The translations under genes were made by a program, and so were the position numbers. The notes beneath the pieces were generated by a model. It made no database searches and had not been told where the DNA came from. It saw only the letters and a program-made list of their open reading frames with translations. From an uncultured Acidimicrobium sp. (lineage in GTDB: Bacteria > Actinomycetota > Acidimicrobiia > Acidimicrobiales > Ilumatobacteraceae): 64,000 nt of DNA. The stretch spans positions 1,366-65,365 of the forward strand of contig CAYSRZ010000001.1 in the NCBI GenBank assembly GCA_964433615.1. The letters are read 5' to 3'. Below are positions 19,712 through 29,866 of this stretch, one piece after another (within the stretch, counting starts at the first letter, position 1; the number at the start of each line of letters is the position of its first letter).

Positions 19712-20186
19712 GCACTACACGCTGCGGGTGAATGGCAGGGCATGTGAGGTGCGCGATTCCTGGGTGGGAGAGTCGCTCCTCTACGTGTTGCGCCAGCGTC
19801 TCGGCCTTCCGGGGACCAAGGGGGCATGTGAGCAAGGTGAATGCGGTTCGTGCACGGTACTCGTCGACGGAAATGCGGTGTGTTCGTGCCTCGTCATGGC
19901 TGCGACGTGCGTCGACACCGAGATCACGACGGTCGAGGGTCTCGGTAACGGCCAGGCGCTCACGGACGTCCAGCAGGCCTTCGTCGAGGCTGGTGGAGTG
20001 CAGTGCGGTTTCTGCACACCGGGTCTCATCGTTGCAGTCCACGACCTGCTCGAAGACAACCCCACGCCGACGTCGTCACAAGTCAAAGAAGCCCTCTCGG
20101 GCAACATCTGTCGCTGCACGGGGTACGGCCGCATCTTCGATGCAGTGCAGCTCGTGATCTCTCGACGCACCGGAGCCGCCCGATGA
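19704..20186 (+). CDS. [2Fe-2S]-binding small subunit of a molybdenum hydroxylase (CoxS/XdhC-iron-sulfur type)
   Basis: Starts [24 protein letters not shown] and CGFCTPG...CRCTGY motifs. The ORF upstream of 19704 overlaps the FAD subunit. Confidence 0.9.
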   Translation: MNEHYTLRVNGRACEVRDSWVGESLLYVLRQRLGLPGTKGACEQGECGSCTVLVDGNAVCSCLVMAATCVDTEITTVEGLGNGQALTDVQQAFVEAGGVQCGFCTPGLIVAVHDLLEDNPTPTSSQVKEALSGNICRCTGYGRIFDAVQLVISRRTGAAR

Positions 20187-22444
20187 CCACCTCGACGACC
20201 ACACGCACTCGTGACGTCCTTGGGACGAGCGCGCTGCGTCCCGACGGTGTGGCAAAGGTTCAGGGATCGTTCGAATTCTCCTCCGACGCCAACGATGACA
20301 ACATGGCCTGGGGTGCGACCCTTCGAAGCCCCCACCCCTACGCGCGCATCGTCTCGATTGACGTGTCCGGTGCTTATGCGATCGCCGGTGTGCACGCCGT
20401 CATCACCGCCACCGACGTGCCGGGTAAGGCGACGTACGGTCTCATCAGTTCCGATCAGCCTGTCTTTGCTTCGGACTACGTGCGATACATGGGTGAGCCA
20501 GTTGCGGCGGTGGCGGCGGACCATCCGGAGACCGCGCGCCGCGCGCTCCAGGCGATCCAGGTGACCTACGAAGTGCTTACACCCCTCACCGATCCGGAAG
20601 AGGCGATTGCCGGCACCCGTGCGCCCATCCATCCTCTCGGCAACATCCTGCGCGAGCAGCGAATCGTGCGGGGAGATCAGAACCTCATAGGAGAGGTCGT
20701 GGTCGAGGACACGTACGACATCGGAATGCAGGATCAGGCCTTCCTCGGACTCGAAGCGGCTCTCGCTCGTCCACTCGCCACGGGCGGAGTCGAGCTCATC
20801 GTTGCCACCCAATGGTTGCACGAGGACCGAAAGCAGATCGCCGACTGCCTCGCACTTGCAGAAGAGGACGTGTTCTTGACCCTCGGCGGCGTGGGTGGAG
20901 CGTTTGGCGCACGTGAGGACATCAGCCTCCAGGTGCACTGCTGCCTGCTTGCACTCACCATCGACCGACCGGTCAAGATGCAATACGGACGCGAAGAGTC
21001 CTTCTTCGGCCACGTCCATCGACATCCTGCAAGGATTTGGATGCGTCACCACGCCACCCGCGACGGCAAGATCCAGCGCATCGAGGCGCGGATGGTCTTC
21101 GACGGCGGCGCGTACACGAGCACGTCGCCAGCCGTGCTCATCAACGGCATCACGCACACCCAAGGCCCATACGCCTGCGACAACGCAACCGTCGAGGGTT
21201 TTGCCGTGCGTACGAACAATCCGCCATGTGGTGCAATGCGAGGTTTCGGCGTCGTCCAGGCTTGCTTTGCCCACGAGTCGCAGATGGACAAACTTGCCGA
21301 GGCCTGTGGTCTCTCCCCTGTCGAGATCCGATTGCGCAATGCAATGAAGACCGGTGATCCGCTGATCACCGGACAGCCCGTCGAGAGCGTCGCACCGGTC
21401 GAGCGCTGCATTCGAGAAACGGCCGCGATCGCCCTACCCGCGCCCCTCGACGGATCGGATCCCTTCAACCTTCCCGGCGGGTCCGGTCTCACGACCCGAG
21501 CGTCACACGTCGTTCGCGGAATCGGCTGGGGCGTGTCGATCAAGAACCTGATGTACAGCGAGGGTTTCGACGATTACGCGACGGCTCGCTGCATCTTGCG
21601 AGACGGTGTCGCCTATCTCAAGTTCGCAACCTCTGAGGTCGGACAGGGCTTCGTCACCCTGGCCCCACAAATCGCCCGAACCTTGCTCGGCGTCGACGAC
21701 GTCGTGCTCGAACCGATGGACACCGCCATTGGTTCGGCTGGCTCAACGTCGGCCTCCCGCCAAACGTGGATGAGCGGTGGCGCGGTGGATGGAGCGTGCC
21801 GCGTCGTTCGAGAACGCCTCTTCGAACACGTCGGAGCCACCCACGGTGTCGACCCTCTTCGCCTCGCCATCGACGGAACTGACGTCGTCGACCAATTCGG
21901 CACGCTTCGCGTACCCGTGGTGGATGCGACCAAAGGTGTCGAGTTCGCCCACACCTACGAGCATCATCATCGAAAGACCGAGGACTTGGACGAAAACGGA
22001 CAAGGAAATTGCCATGTCGCGTTCGCCTTCGTCGCCCATCGCGCAGTCGTCGATGTGGACGTCGAGCTTGGGCTCGTCAAGGTCGTCCAGATCGCTACAG
22101 CTCAGGACGTCGGCCAGGTACTCAACCCGCTCAGCGTCCTCGGACAGATCGAAGGCGGAATCGCACAGGGCTTGGGGCTGGCGATCATGGAAGAAATCGT
22201 GGTCGAGAACGGAATCGTGCGGAATCCGTCCTTCACCGACTACCTCCTGCCCACCACCTTGGACGCACCAGACGTCGTTGCGGTGACGATCGAAGAACCC
22301 GAGCCACAAGCCCCTCTCGGCGCAAAGGGCGTTGGTGAGCCGCCCTGTATATCCGTCACTCCGGCGATCGTGGCGGCCATTCGGGACGCGACGAAGCGTT
22401 CATTGACGCGGGTGCCCGTGAGGCCCTACGACATCTGCATCTGA
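20183..22444 (+). CDS. Molybdopterin-binding large subunit of a xanthine dehydrogenase-family hydroxylase
   Basis: Starts MTTSTTTRTRDVLGTS. GGVGGAFGARED, AMRGFG, C-terminal GAKGVGEPP. ATGA overlap with the small subunit. Confidence 0.9.
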   Translation: MTTSTTTRTRDVLGTSALRPDGVAKVQGSFEFSSDANDDNMAWGATLRSPHPYARIVSIDVSGAYAIAGVHAVITATDVPGKATYGLISSDQPVFASDYVRYMGEPVAAVAADHPETARRALQAIQVTYEVLTPLTDPEEAIAGTRAPIHPLGNILREQRIVRGDQNLIGEVVVEDTYDIGMQDQAFLGLEAALARPLATGGVELIVATQWLHEDRKQIADCLALAEEDVFLTLGGVGGAFGAREDISLQVHCCLLALTIDRPVKMQYGREESFFGHVHRHPARIWMRHHATRDGKIQRIEARMVFDGGAYTSTSPAVLINGITHTQGPYACDNATVEGFAVRTNNPPCGAMRGFGVVQACFAHESQMDKLAEACGLSPVEIRLRNAMKTGDPLITGQPVESVAPVERCIRETAAIALPAPLDGSDPFNLPGGSGLTTRASHVVRGIGWGVSIKNLMYSEGFDDYATARCILRDGVAYLKFATSEVGQGFVTLAPQIARTLLGVDDVVLEPMDTAIGSAGSTSASRQTWMSGGAVDGACRVVRERLFEHVGATHGVDPLRLAIDGTDVVDQFGTLRVPVVDATKGVEFAHTYEHHHRKTEDLDENGQGNCHVAFAFVAHRAVVDVDVELGLVKVVQIATAQDVGQVLNPLSVLGQIEGGIAQGLGLAIMEEIVVENGIVRNPSFTDYLLPTTLDAPDVVAVTIEEPEPQAPLGAKGVGEPPCISVTPAIVAAIRDATKRSLTRVPVRPYDICI

Positions 22445-23619
22445 ACGACGAGTGACCTCGTCGGAACGGTGCCTATTGCACCAATTGCATCGGCGACGAT
22501 CTCCTCTGGAGCTTCGAACGGGAAGTCGGAGAATTCGACATCGACGTCCGATCCTTTGAGCAATCGAACCGTCGACTTCTTTGCGCTCGCGTCGATGAGG
22601 GATACGACGACTCCGTCCCTCCCCGCCCTGCCCGTTCGACCCGAACGGTGGATGTAGTCCTTCACATCTTCGGGCAAGTCGTAGTGCACGACGAGCGGCA
22701 CGTCGTCGATGTGGATGCCGCGCGCCGCGACGTCTGTCGCCACCATCACCGTCGCCTGGCCCTTCTTGAACTGCTGGAGCGCCTTCTCGCGTTGTGCCTG
22801 TGACCGGTTTCCATGGATGACGCATGTCGCGACCCCGGCAGCATCGAGGTTCTTTGCGACCCTGTCGGAGCCGTGCTTCGTGCGGCAAAAGACGATCACC
22901 TTCTCATAGGAGTTTGCGAGCACCGTGAGTGCCTTCATCCGATCGTTTCGATCGACCACGTGGAACCTGTGCTCGACATCGCCACCGTCGTCGGGAACCT
23001 CCACCTCGTGGCGAACCGGGTCGCGCTGGAACTCATTGACCAACGACTTGATGTCGCCATCGAGGGTGGCCGAAAAGAGCAAGGTCTGGCGATCGGCTTT
23101 CGCCATTCGCATGATCTTCTTCACCGAAGGCAAAAAGCCCATGTCGGCCATGCGGTCAGCCTCGTCGATCACTGCAAGGTTGACGTCCTCGAGCGACACA
23201 GCTCTCCGCTCGATGAGGTCCTCGAGTCGCCCTGGCGTCGCCACGAGCACGGTCGCATTGCGTGCAAGTTTGACCTGGGGTCCGTAGGCCGCGCCGCCGT
23301 AGACGGCTGCGACGCGCACGGTGCTCCCTTGAATCAATTTTGCGATTTCACCCGCAACTTGGGACGCCAGCTCTCGGGTCGGCACGAGGACGAGTCCTTG
23401 GGGATGCCCGGGACGACATTTGCCGACCGCAGATGCCAACACGATGCCGAATGCAAGAGTCTTTCCGCTTCCAGTCGGCGCCTTGCCGCAGACGTCCTTG
23501 CCTGCGAGCGAATCGCGCAGAGTTGCCTCCTGGATGGGAAAGGGCGCCGTGATTCCCCGACTCTCTAGGTTCTTCACGATGTGGGCTGAGACGCCCAGAT
23601 CTTTCCAACTCGTGGTCAT
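22426..23619 (-). CDS. DEAD-box ATP-dependent RNA helicase
   Basis: FPIQ (Q motif), APTGSGKT, VIDEADRM, SAT, HRSGRTGRAG. Confidence 0.9.
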   Translation of the reverse strand: MTTSWKDLGVSAHIVKNLESRGITAPFPIQEATLRDSLAGKDVCGKAPTGSGKTLAFGIVLASAVGKCRPGHPQGLVLVPTRELASQVAGEIAKLIQGSTVRVAAVYGGAAYGPQVKLARNATVLVATPGRLEDLIERRAVSLEDVNLAVIDEADRMADMGFLPSVKKIMRMAKADRQTLLFSATLDGDIKSLVNEFQRDPVRHEVEVPDDGGDVEHRFHVVDRNDRMKALTVLANSYEKVIVFCRTKHGSDRVAKNLDAAGVATCVIHGNRSQAQREKALQQFKKGQATVMVATDVAARGIHIDDVPLVVHYDLPEDVKDYIHRSGRTGRAGRDGVVVSLIDASAKKSTVRLLKGSDVDVEFSDFPFEAPEEIVADAIGAIGTVPTRSLVVQMQMS

Positions 23620-23629
23620 TTCGCTCCGT

Positions 23630-24943
23630 TCAATCAGGAATACCTGATTGGCGACCGAGGACGCGATTCAGATACGCATTGGAGAACATGCCCGTCGGAT
23701 CGAGACGATCCCGGAGTTCTACAAACTTGTCAAATTCAGGATAGAGGCCGCGAAGGCTGGATTTGTCCTGAAAATGGATCTTTCCCCAGTGGGGACGACC
23801 CCCGTAGTCGACCATGATCTCCTCTACGGCACGAAAATATGGTTCGTAGTCCATTCCCCGATACATGTGAACCGCTACGTATGCGCTGTCTCGTCCGTAT
23901 GCAGTCGACAGCGGGATGTCGTCGGCCTTCACCGAGCGAACCTCGACGGGAAAGCTCACTCGAAAACCACGATCCTCGACCATCGCCCTGAGACGACCGA
24001 GTGCATCCGGGAGCACACCCAGCGGTATCGAATACTCCATCTCGCAGAAGCGTACGAACCGCTTGCTGGCAAAGATCTGGTGACTCGCGTCGATTCGCTC
24101 CTGACGTCCCTGCGACGGGAGGGCCGTCGCAAGCTTTGGAATCAACGAGGGAGCGATCTTGCCGACACGACAGACTGCTCCGAACGCGATGTTTTCCATC
24201 ACGATCTTGTTCCAAAACGTGCCGATGGGCTTGCGGGCAGTATGTGACGCGGTCGTTCGATTGTTCCGCTTGGTGAGCGCCCACTTCGTGTGCGGCACCC
24301 AATAGAACTCGAAGTGGTCGTTCTCTCTCGTGTACCGATCGAAATTCGCCTCAACGTCTGCGACCCTTTCCGGCTGCTCGACGGCGTGCAAGGTGAATGC
24401 TGGAACGACGCTCAACGTGACGTCCACAATCACGCCGAGTGCACCAAGCGACACCCTGCCCAACTGCCAGATACCAGGGTTCTGATCCTTTGAGCAGGTG
24501 AGCACATCGCCATTGGCGGTGACCAGGGTGAATGCCACGACTTGTGTGGCCAGACCACCGAGTTCAATACCCGTCCCATGGGTCGACGTCGAGAGCGCTC
24601 CGAGGATCGACTGATAGGTCACGTCGCCGAGGTTCGGCATCGCTAGACCGATCTCCGCAAGTAGCACGTTGAGCTCGGCGATGGTGGTTCCCGCACGCAC
24701 GGTCACCGTGAGACGCTCCGTATCAACGGCCACGATTCCCCGATGATGGCGAAGCGACACGACCATCTCTTCTGGTCGAGCGATGCCGGTGAAACTGTGT
24801 CCCGAGCCGACCACCTTCAGGCGCCGTCCGGACGCCTTCGCCTCACCGACAACCTTGACGACGTCTTCGGTCCTTCCGACCCGTTGTGATGCGACGAGTC
24901 CTCGAGCGACTTGGTTGCCTGCCCAGTTCCGCCACGTCGTCAT
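23630..24943 (-). CDS. FAD-linked L-gulono-1,4-lactone / D-arabinono-1,4-lactone oxidase-dehydrogenase family protein
   Basis: MTTWRNWAGNQ start, GSGHSF, C-terminal ALO-domain GGRPHWGK. ATG at M90 of the ORF gives a 4-nt overlap with the MFS stop. Confidence 0.85.
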   Translation of the reverse strand: MTTWRNWAGNQVARGLVASQRVGRTEDVVKVVGEAKASGRRLKVVGSGHSFTGIARPEEMVVSLRHHRGIVAVDTERLTVTVRAGTTIAELNVLLAEIGLAMPNLGDVTYQSILGALSTSTHGTGIELGGLATQVVAFTLVTANGDVLTCSKDQNPGIWQLGRVSLGALGVIVDVTLSVVPAFTLHAVEQPERVADVEANFDRYTRENDHFEFYWVPHTKWALTKRNNRTTASHTARKPIGTFWNKIVMENIAFGAVCRVGKIAPSLIPKLATALPSQGRQERIDASHQIFASKRFVRFCEMEYSIPLGVLPDALGRLRAMVEDRGFRVSFPVEVRSVKADDIPLSTAYGRDSAYVAVHMYRGMDYEPYFRAVEEIMVDYGGRPHWGKIHFQDKSSLRGLYPEFDKFVELRDRLDPTGMFSNAYLNRVLGRQSGIPD

Positions 24944-26175
24944 GCCGCAGATGCCTCGCGACCGGAGAGTGCATACACGAGCAACGATCCGGTGAGGAGC
25001 GCCCCGAGTACGGCGAGTGAGTTGTATCCGATTCCCTTGCGAATGAAGCCGCTGGAGAAACCTGCGATTCCTCCACAAAGGCTCATCACCAAGTCGGCAC
25101 TTCCCTGGACGCGAACTCGCGCGTCTGGCGGAATGCTCTCGGACAACAGGCCAGACCCACCAACCAGACCGAAATTCCAGCCGATGCCGAGCAGGAGCAA
25201 GCCAGGCCACAAAAGCGTCGGCGAGTCTCCGGCGAGGCTGGAGAAAGCGGAAGCGACGATCAGAACGACCGCGCCAACTTGGATTGTGCGGATGCGACCA
25301 AAGGAATCCGAGAAACGACCAATCAGCGGACTGAACGCGTACATGCCAGCGATGTGCAGCGACACGATAAATGCGCTCACGTCCTCGTGACCATGCAACT
25401 TGAGGTGCACTGGCGTCATCGTCATCACCGCGACCATCGTCATCTGCGACGCCGCCATCGCGACCAGACCGAGACGGGACTCCCTCGAATGGCGGAGCGG
25501 AACAGCAATGTCGGCAATCGACCGACTCGTCGAATCAGCAGCACCGAGTCGACCGGCGACCTCGAGCGGATCGGGACGGAGTCGGATCATCACATTCAAA
25601 AACGACGCGCTGAAAAACAGCCCGGAAAACACCCACGGTCCCGTGTAGAGGTTCCAGCCGAAGAGCGACTCACCAAGCGACTCTGCAGGCTTGATCAGGA
25701 TCGGCCCGAATACCGCTCCGAATGTCGACGCGAACAGCACGCGGCTCATGGCCGAGCCTCGATGTTCCGGTTCAGCGAGGTCCATCGCGGCATAGCGAGA
25801 CAGCAGATTCGAGGCCTGACCGTTGCCGAACATGAACAAGCCGAACAAAAAGATGGCGATATTTGAGGTTTCGACTCCGACGCCGGCAACAAGACCCCCA
25901 ACAAGTGCAAGTCCGTATCCGAGTGCCAACCCCTTGCGACGGCCGTTCATGTTCATGAATCGCGCGAGACTCTGGGCCATGAACGCGGTGCCGACGGTGA
26001 CCGTAGCTGTCGCCATGCCACCAAGAGGCGTTTCTTGTCCGAGAATGTCTTGGATGACGAAGGCTCCGACCGTCACGGCTGCCGAGAGCGCCGCCGAACC
26101 GACGATTTGGCCTGCGGTCAAGACGCGCAGGACCTTGCGCTGGATCAACGCCCTTTCCACGGAGTCGATCGTCAT
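24940..26175 (-). CDS. MFS transporter
   Basis: About 12 predicted TM helices. Start at M100 of the ORF gives a 4-nt overlap with the pyk stop. Confidence 0.8.
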   Translation of the reverse strand: MTIDSVERALIQRKVLRVLTAGQIVGSAALSAAVTVGAFVIQDILGQETPLGGMATATVTVGTAFMAQSLARFMNMNGRRKGLALGYGLALVGGLVAGVGVETSNIAIFLFGLFMFGNGQASNLLSRYAAMDLAEPEHRGSAMSRVLFASTFGAVFGPILIKPAESLGESLFGWNLYTGPWVFSGLFFSASFLNVMIRLRPDPLEVAGRLGAADSTSRSIADIAVPLRHSRESRLGLVAMAASQMTMVAVMTMTPVHLKLHGHEDVSAFIVSLHIAGMYAFSPLIGRFSDSFGRIRTIQVGAVVLIVASAFSSLAGDSPTLLWPGLLLLGIGWNFGLVGGSGLLSESIPPDARVRVQGSADLVMSLCGGIAGFSSGFIRKGIGYNSLAVLGALLTGSLLVYALSGREASAA

Positions 26176-27527
26176 GACTCTTGGTGCAACCACAGGGTGT
26201 CGGCATCTGAGCGAGGGTTGATTCGCGAAGCACACACGACGATTCGGTCGCCCGCAACGGTCAATCCGCGAGAGCGCGCTTCCTTCAGCGCTTCCGAAAT
26301 CGCCTTGTCGACGTCTGGCTCCCGATCCTTCACGAGCGGAACGACTCCCTTGACAAGCCTCATCTGACGAGCGACCTGCGACGATGGGGTGATCGAAATG
26401 ATGGGGCAACTGGGACGACACGACGACAGCAAACGTGCCGAATAACCGGTGTACGTGAGCGACACGATCCATTCAGCCCCAATCCGCTTCGCGAGTGCGG
26501 CCGCCGCGGCTGTCACCGCCGCTTCTTGGGGATGGGCGTCTGCAAACAGATTCGGCATCGACACATGACTCTCGGCCTCCTCGACAATCCGTGCCATCGC
26601 CTCGACGGCTCCGATGGGATCGTGGCCGATTGCCGTCTCCCCCGACAGCATCACCGCGTCGAACCCGTCGAGGACTGCGGTCGACACGTCCGCGACCTCG
26701 GCCCTCGTCGGTCTGGTCTTCGTCGTCATGGATTCAAGCATCTCCGTGGCACAGACGCTGACCTTGCCCGCGACTATCGACGAGCGAGCAATCGTGTGCT
26801 GGGCCGCCGGCACAGCGACGTATGACATCTCGACCCCCAAGTCCCCTCGCGCAGCCATTACGCCGTCTGCCGCGGACAGGATTTCTTCCAATCTCGACAA
26901 GGCCTGTGGTCGTTCGATCTTGGCGATGATCATCGGGTCCTCGCCAAGGATCGATCTCGCCACGTCGACGTCTCGGGCAGTCTGCACGAACGACAGAGCG
27001 ACAATATCGACGCCCAGTTCCCTCGCAAGAGTCATGTCGGCGCGGTCCTTGGCCGAAAACAGCTCACCACCGATTTGTGTGTCAGGAAGATTGACGCCCT
27101 TGTTTGACGTCAGTGTTCCGCCGCGAACGACGCGTACGACGACCCCGAGGTCGCTCACCGACTCGATGACGGCTTCGATCCTGCCATCATCGAGTAGGAG
27201 TCGATGACGAGGGGCGAGGTCACGCAGGCCACCACTCCCATGGAGGGTCTCCAGGCCGAGTTGATCAAATGAAAAGGCCGCCGTCGCGGCGGTAGAGAGC
27301 ACCATCTCCTGCCCCGCAAAACGCATCTTGGGACCCTGGACGTCGACGAGGATGCCGGCATCGTGGACCACCCGACGGATCCGCTCGATCTCTTCTTTCA
27401 GTCCCTCAGTCGACAGATGTGAGCAATTCAAGCGAAAGACGTCTGCACCGGCTGCGTGCAATGCCGAGACGGTGTCGTCCGCCCTCGTCGATGGACCCAA
27501 GGTGGCGATGATCTTGGTCTTGCGCAC
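26172..27527 (-). CDS. pyk: Pyruvate kinase
   Basis: KTKIIATLGPS, NCSHLS, MVARGDLGVE. The ORF N-terminus (to 27578) reads through the tRNA, so the start is set at GTG 27527 (or TTG 27533). Confidence 0.9.
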   Translation of the reverse strand: MRKTKIIATLGPSTRADDTVSALHAAGADVFRLNCSHLSTEGLKEEIERIRRVVHDAGILVDVQGPKMRFAGQEMVLSTAATAAFSFDQLGLETLHGSGGLRDLAPRHRLLLDDGRIEAVIESVSDLGVVVRVVRGGTLTSNKGVNLPDTQIGGELFSAKDRADMTLARELGVDIVALSFVQTARDVDVARSILGEDPMIIAKIERPQALSRLEEILSAADGVMAARGDLGVEMSYVAVPAAQHTIARSSIVAGKVSVCATEMLESMTTKTRPTRAEVADVSTAVLDGFDAVMLSGETAIGHDPIGAVEAMARIVEEAESHVSMPNLFADAHPQEAAVTAAAAALAKRIGAEWIVSLTYTGYSARLLSSCRPSCPIISITPSSQVARQMRLVKGVVPLVKDREPDVDKAISEALKEARSRGLTVAGDRIVVCASRINPRSDADTLWLHQES

Positions 27528-27548
27528 GTTCAAGTATCGCAGTTTCTC

Positions 27549-27635
27549 TGGTGTCGAAGGGGGGACTTGAACCCCCACGCCCTTTCGAGCGCCAGCCCCT
27601 CAAGCTGGTGCGTCTGCCAATTTCGCCACTTCGAC
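27549..27635 (-). tRNA. tRNA-Leu (anticodon GAG), encoded CCA
   Basis: Minus-strand sequence GTCGAAGTGGCGAAATTGGCAGACGCACCAGCTTGAGGGGCTGGCGCTCGAAAGGGCGTGGGGGTTCAAGTCCCCCCTTCGACACCA. It has a 7-bp acceptor stem, anticodon loop TTGAGGG, a long variable arm and a GTTCAAGT T-loop. Confidence 0.9.
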
Positions 27636-27659
27636 GTGGACTGTCATTCTACTTGCTGT

Positions 27660-27896
27660 TCAGGCGAGCAACATCCCGAGCGCAACCACCGTGAACATCC
27701 AGACGAGTGCGATGACCGTGGTGATCCGATTCAAGTTGCGCTCTGCGGCCGCAGAACCGAGCGCTGCCGATCCACCTCCGCCGAACATGTCGCTCAGACC
27801 GCCTCCTCGACCACTGTGAAGGAGCACTCCCACGACCAGCCCAACGAGGGACACGACGTTGACGACAAGCGTGACGGCAGTGATGAACGAACGCAT
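27660..27896 (-). CDS. secG: Preprotein translocase subunit SecG
   Basis: 78 aa from M19 of the ORF. Two TM helices flank the glycine-rich LHSGRGGGLSDMFGGGG loop. Confidence 0.85.
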   Translation of the reverse strand: MRSFITAVTLVVNVVSLVGLVVGVLLHSGRGGGLSDMFGGGGSAALGSAAAERNLNRITTVIALVWMFTVVALGMLLA

Positions 27897-27915
27897 GGCG
27901 ATCAGGATATCTGGG

Positions 27916-28884
27916 TCACTCTGGGAAATGGCATGCAACGCTTTGGCCATCCCCGTGCGGAGTCAACACTGGGGTCTCCTCGGCGCACTTGTCGGTGGCC
28001 TTCCAACAACGAGTACGGAAGCGACACCCACTCGGCGGATTCACCGGCGACGGCACGTCGCCTTCCAGCATGATCCGCTTGCGACTTCGCTCGACGGTTG
28101 GATTCGGCAATGGAACCGCCGACAGCAAGGCCTTGGTGTACGGATGCTTCGGGTTGGAATAGATCTGTTCCTTCTTGCCGATCTCGACGATCTTTCCGAG
28201 ATACATCACGGCCACCGAATGGGCGATGTGCCGCACGACCGACAAGTCGTGGGCAATGAAGATGTACGACATCCCCAGTCGCTCCTGGAGATCAGCAAAG
28301 AGGTTCACGACGCCAGCCTGGATGCTCACGTCCAATGCCGACACCGGCTCGTCCAGCACGATCAAGTCGGGATCGAGTGCAAGGGCGCGGGCGATACCGA
28401 TGCGCTGACGCTGTCCGCCCGAGAACTCGTGTGGAAATCGCTTCGCATGGTCGGGAGCCAGTCCCACCAAGTTCAACATCTCCTCGACGCGCGCATCGTG
28501 GTCTCCGGGGATTTCTTGCACCACGAGCGGCTCAGCGATCGATGCACCGACGGTCATCTTCGGATCGAGAGACGCGTATGGATCTTGAAAGACGATCTGC
28601 AAACGGCGTCGCAGGACCCTCATCTCTTCGAACGACAAGGTCGTGATGTCCTGCCCGTCGAAGACGATCGAGCCAGACGTCGGCTCCAGAAGTCCCATCA
28701 CGCACCGACCGACCGTCGTCTTTCCCGATCCGGACTCACCCACGATGCCGAGCGTCTCGCCCTTTGCCACGGTCAAGGACACGTCGGTGACGGCCTGCAC
28801 GACCCTCTTCGTGCGACGAATGCCCGAATTCGAACGCAACTCGAAGTTCTTGACCAGGTTCTCGACTCGCAGGAGATCAGCCAC
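27916..28884 (-). CDS. Peptide/nickel ABC importer ATP-binding protein (OppF/DppF type)
   Basis: [29 protein letters not shown] and a C-terminal Cys-rich oligopeptide domain. GTG 28884 overlaps the upstream stop by 8 nt. Confidence 0.85.
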   Translation of the reverse strand: MADLLRVENLVKNFELRSNSGIRRTKRVVQAVTDVSLTVAKGETLGIVGESGSGKTTVGRCVMGLLEPTSGSIVFDGQDITTLSFEEMRVLRRRLQIVFQDPYASLDPKMTVGASIAEPLVVQEIPGDHDARVEEMLNLVGLAPDHAKRFPHEFSGGQRQRIGIARALALDPDLIVLDEPVSALDVSIQAGVVNLFADLQERLGMSYIFIAHDLSVVRHIAHSVAVMYLGKIVEIGKKEQIYSNPKHPYTKALLSAVPLPNPTVERSRKRIMLEGDVPSPVNPPSGCRFRTRCWKATDKCAEETPVLTPHGDGQSVACHFPE

Positions 28885-29866
28885 GAGTGCCTCCCTTGCC
28901 CACCCCGACCGCAACGTCATCGGCGCGGATGCACGACGTCCAGGACGAGCCATGGGCCACCATTTCCGGCAGTGTCCCTTCACACTCAGGTCGAACGTGT
29001 GCACAGCGAGGAGCAAAGCCACATCCCGGAGGAGGAGCAAGCATGTTCGGTGGAAAACCGGTGATCGGGGTCAAACGCTTCTGCCCCTCGTGCGGAAGCG
29101 ATGCGAGAAGGCCTTGGGTGTACGGATGGGTCGGATGTGCAAAGAGTTCGTCGACCGTCGCACGCTCGACGTTGCGGCCCGCGTACAACACGTTGACTCG
29201 GTGTGCAACACGCGCGATGACGCCCAGGTCGTGCGTGATGAGCACGACGGCGGTTCCGAATCGCTCCTGGATTCGCTGGATGACCTCGAGAATCTGAGCC
29301 TGCACGGTCACGTCGAGAGCGGTAGTCGGTTCGTCAGCGATGAGGACCTTTGGATCGTTGGCAATCGCCATGGCGATGACGACGCGCTGGCGCATTCCGC
29401 CCGAGAACTCGTGCGGATACTGGTGGGCGCGATCCTCCGGCTGGGGAATGCCCACGATGTCCAGTAGCTCCACTGCCCTCTTCCATGCCTCCGTGTCGGT
29501 CGCGGTCGAGTGCGCTTGGATCATCTCCACGATCTGGTCACCGACTCGGTGAACAGGGTTCAACGCGGAGAGCGGATCCTGGAAGATCATCGCGAGCGAC
29601 TTGCCTCGCACGCTGCGAATCACCTTCTGTGAGGCTCCGATCAATTCCTGACCGTCGACGGTGACGGAACCAGTGATCCTCGCCTTGTGAGGAAGGAGAC
29701 CCATCGCTGCAAGGAACGTGACCGACTTGCCCGACCCCGATTCTCCGACGACGCCCATCAACTCGCCAGCCTCGACGTCCAAACTGACACCGCGGACCGC
29801 ACGCAGGTCGCCAAGCGGCGTCGGGAAAGTCACGTTCAGATCGCGAATGGAGAGAACCGACATCAT
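28877..29866 (-). CDS. Peptide/nickel ABC importer ATP-binding protein (OppD/DppD type)
   Basis: [28 protein letters not shown]. Confidence 0.9.
   Translation of the reverse strand: MMSVLSIRDLNVTFPTPLGDLRAVRGVSLDVEAGELMGVVGESGSGKSVTFLAAMGLLPHKARITGSVTVDGQELIGASQKVIRSVRGKSLAMIFQDPLSALNPVHRVGDQIVEMIQAHSTATDTEAWKRAVELLDIVGIPQPEDRAHQYPHEFSGGMRQRVVIAMAIANDPKVLIADEPTTALDVTVQAQILEVIQRIQERFGTAVVLITHDLGVIARVAHRVNVLYAGRNVERATVDELFAHPTHPYTQGLLASLPHEGQKRLTPITGFPPNMLAPPPGCGFAPRCAHVRPECEGTLPEMVAHGSSWTSCIRADDVAVGVGKGGTRG

Noticed and set aside
11922-22444. Selenium-dependent molybdenum hydroxylase system (because SsnA is annotated as selenium-linked)
   Set aside because: No selD, yqeB/yqeC-type accessory genes, in-frame UGA codons or SECIS-like context are visible in the operon. 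Selenium dependence cannot be inferred from this window.
22426-23619. DEAD-box helicase (and DinG at 63450-64000) as possible components of a defence system
   Set aside because: Both are canonical housekeeping helicase types in conserved contexts. No adjacent nuclease, methylase, ATPase, TIR/Sir2, toxin-like or reverse-transcriptase genes are present.
27528-27578. pyk ORF start at 27578
   Set aside because: The first 10 codons (through the CCA-encoding codon, down to 27549) are the T-arm and acceptor end of tRNA-Leu(GAG). The conserved pyruvate kinase N-terminus (KTKIIATLGP) begins right after GTG 27527 / TTG 27533.
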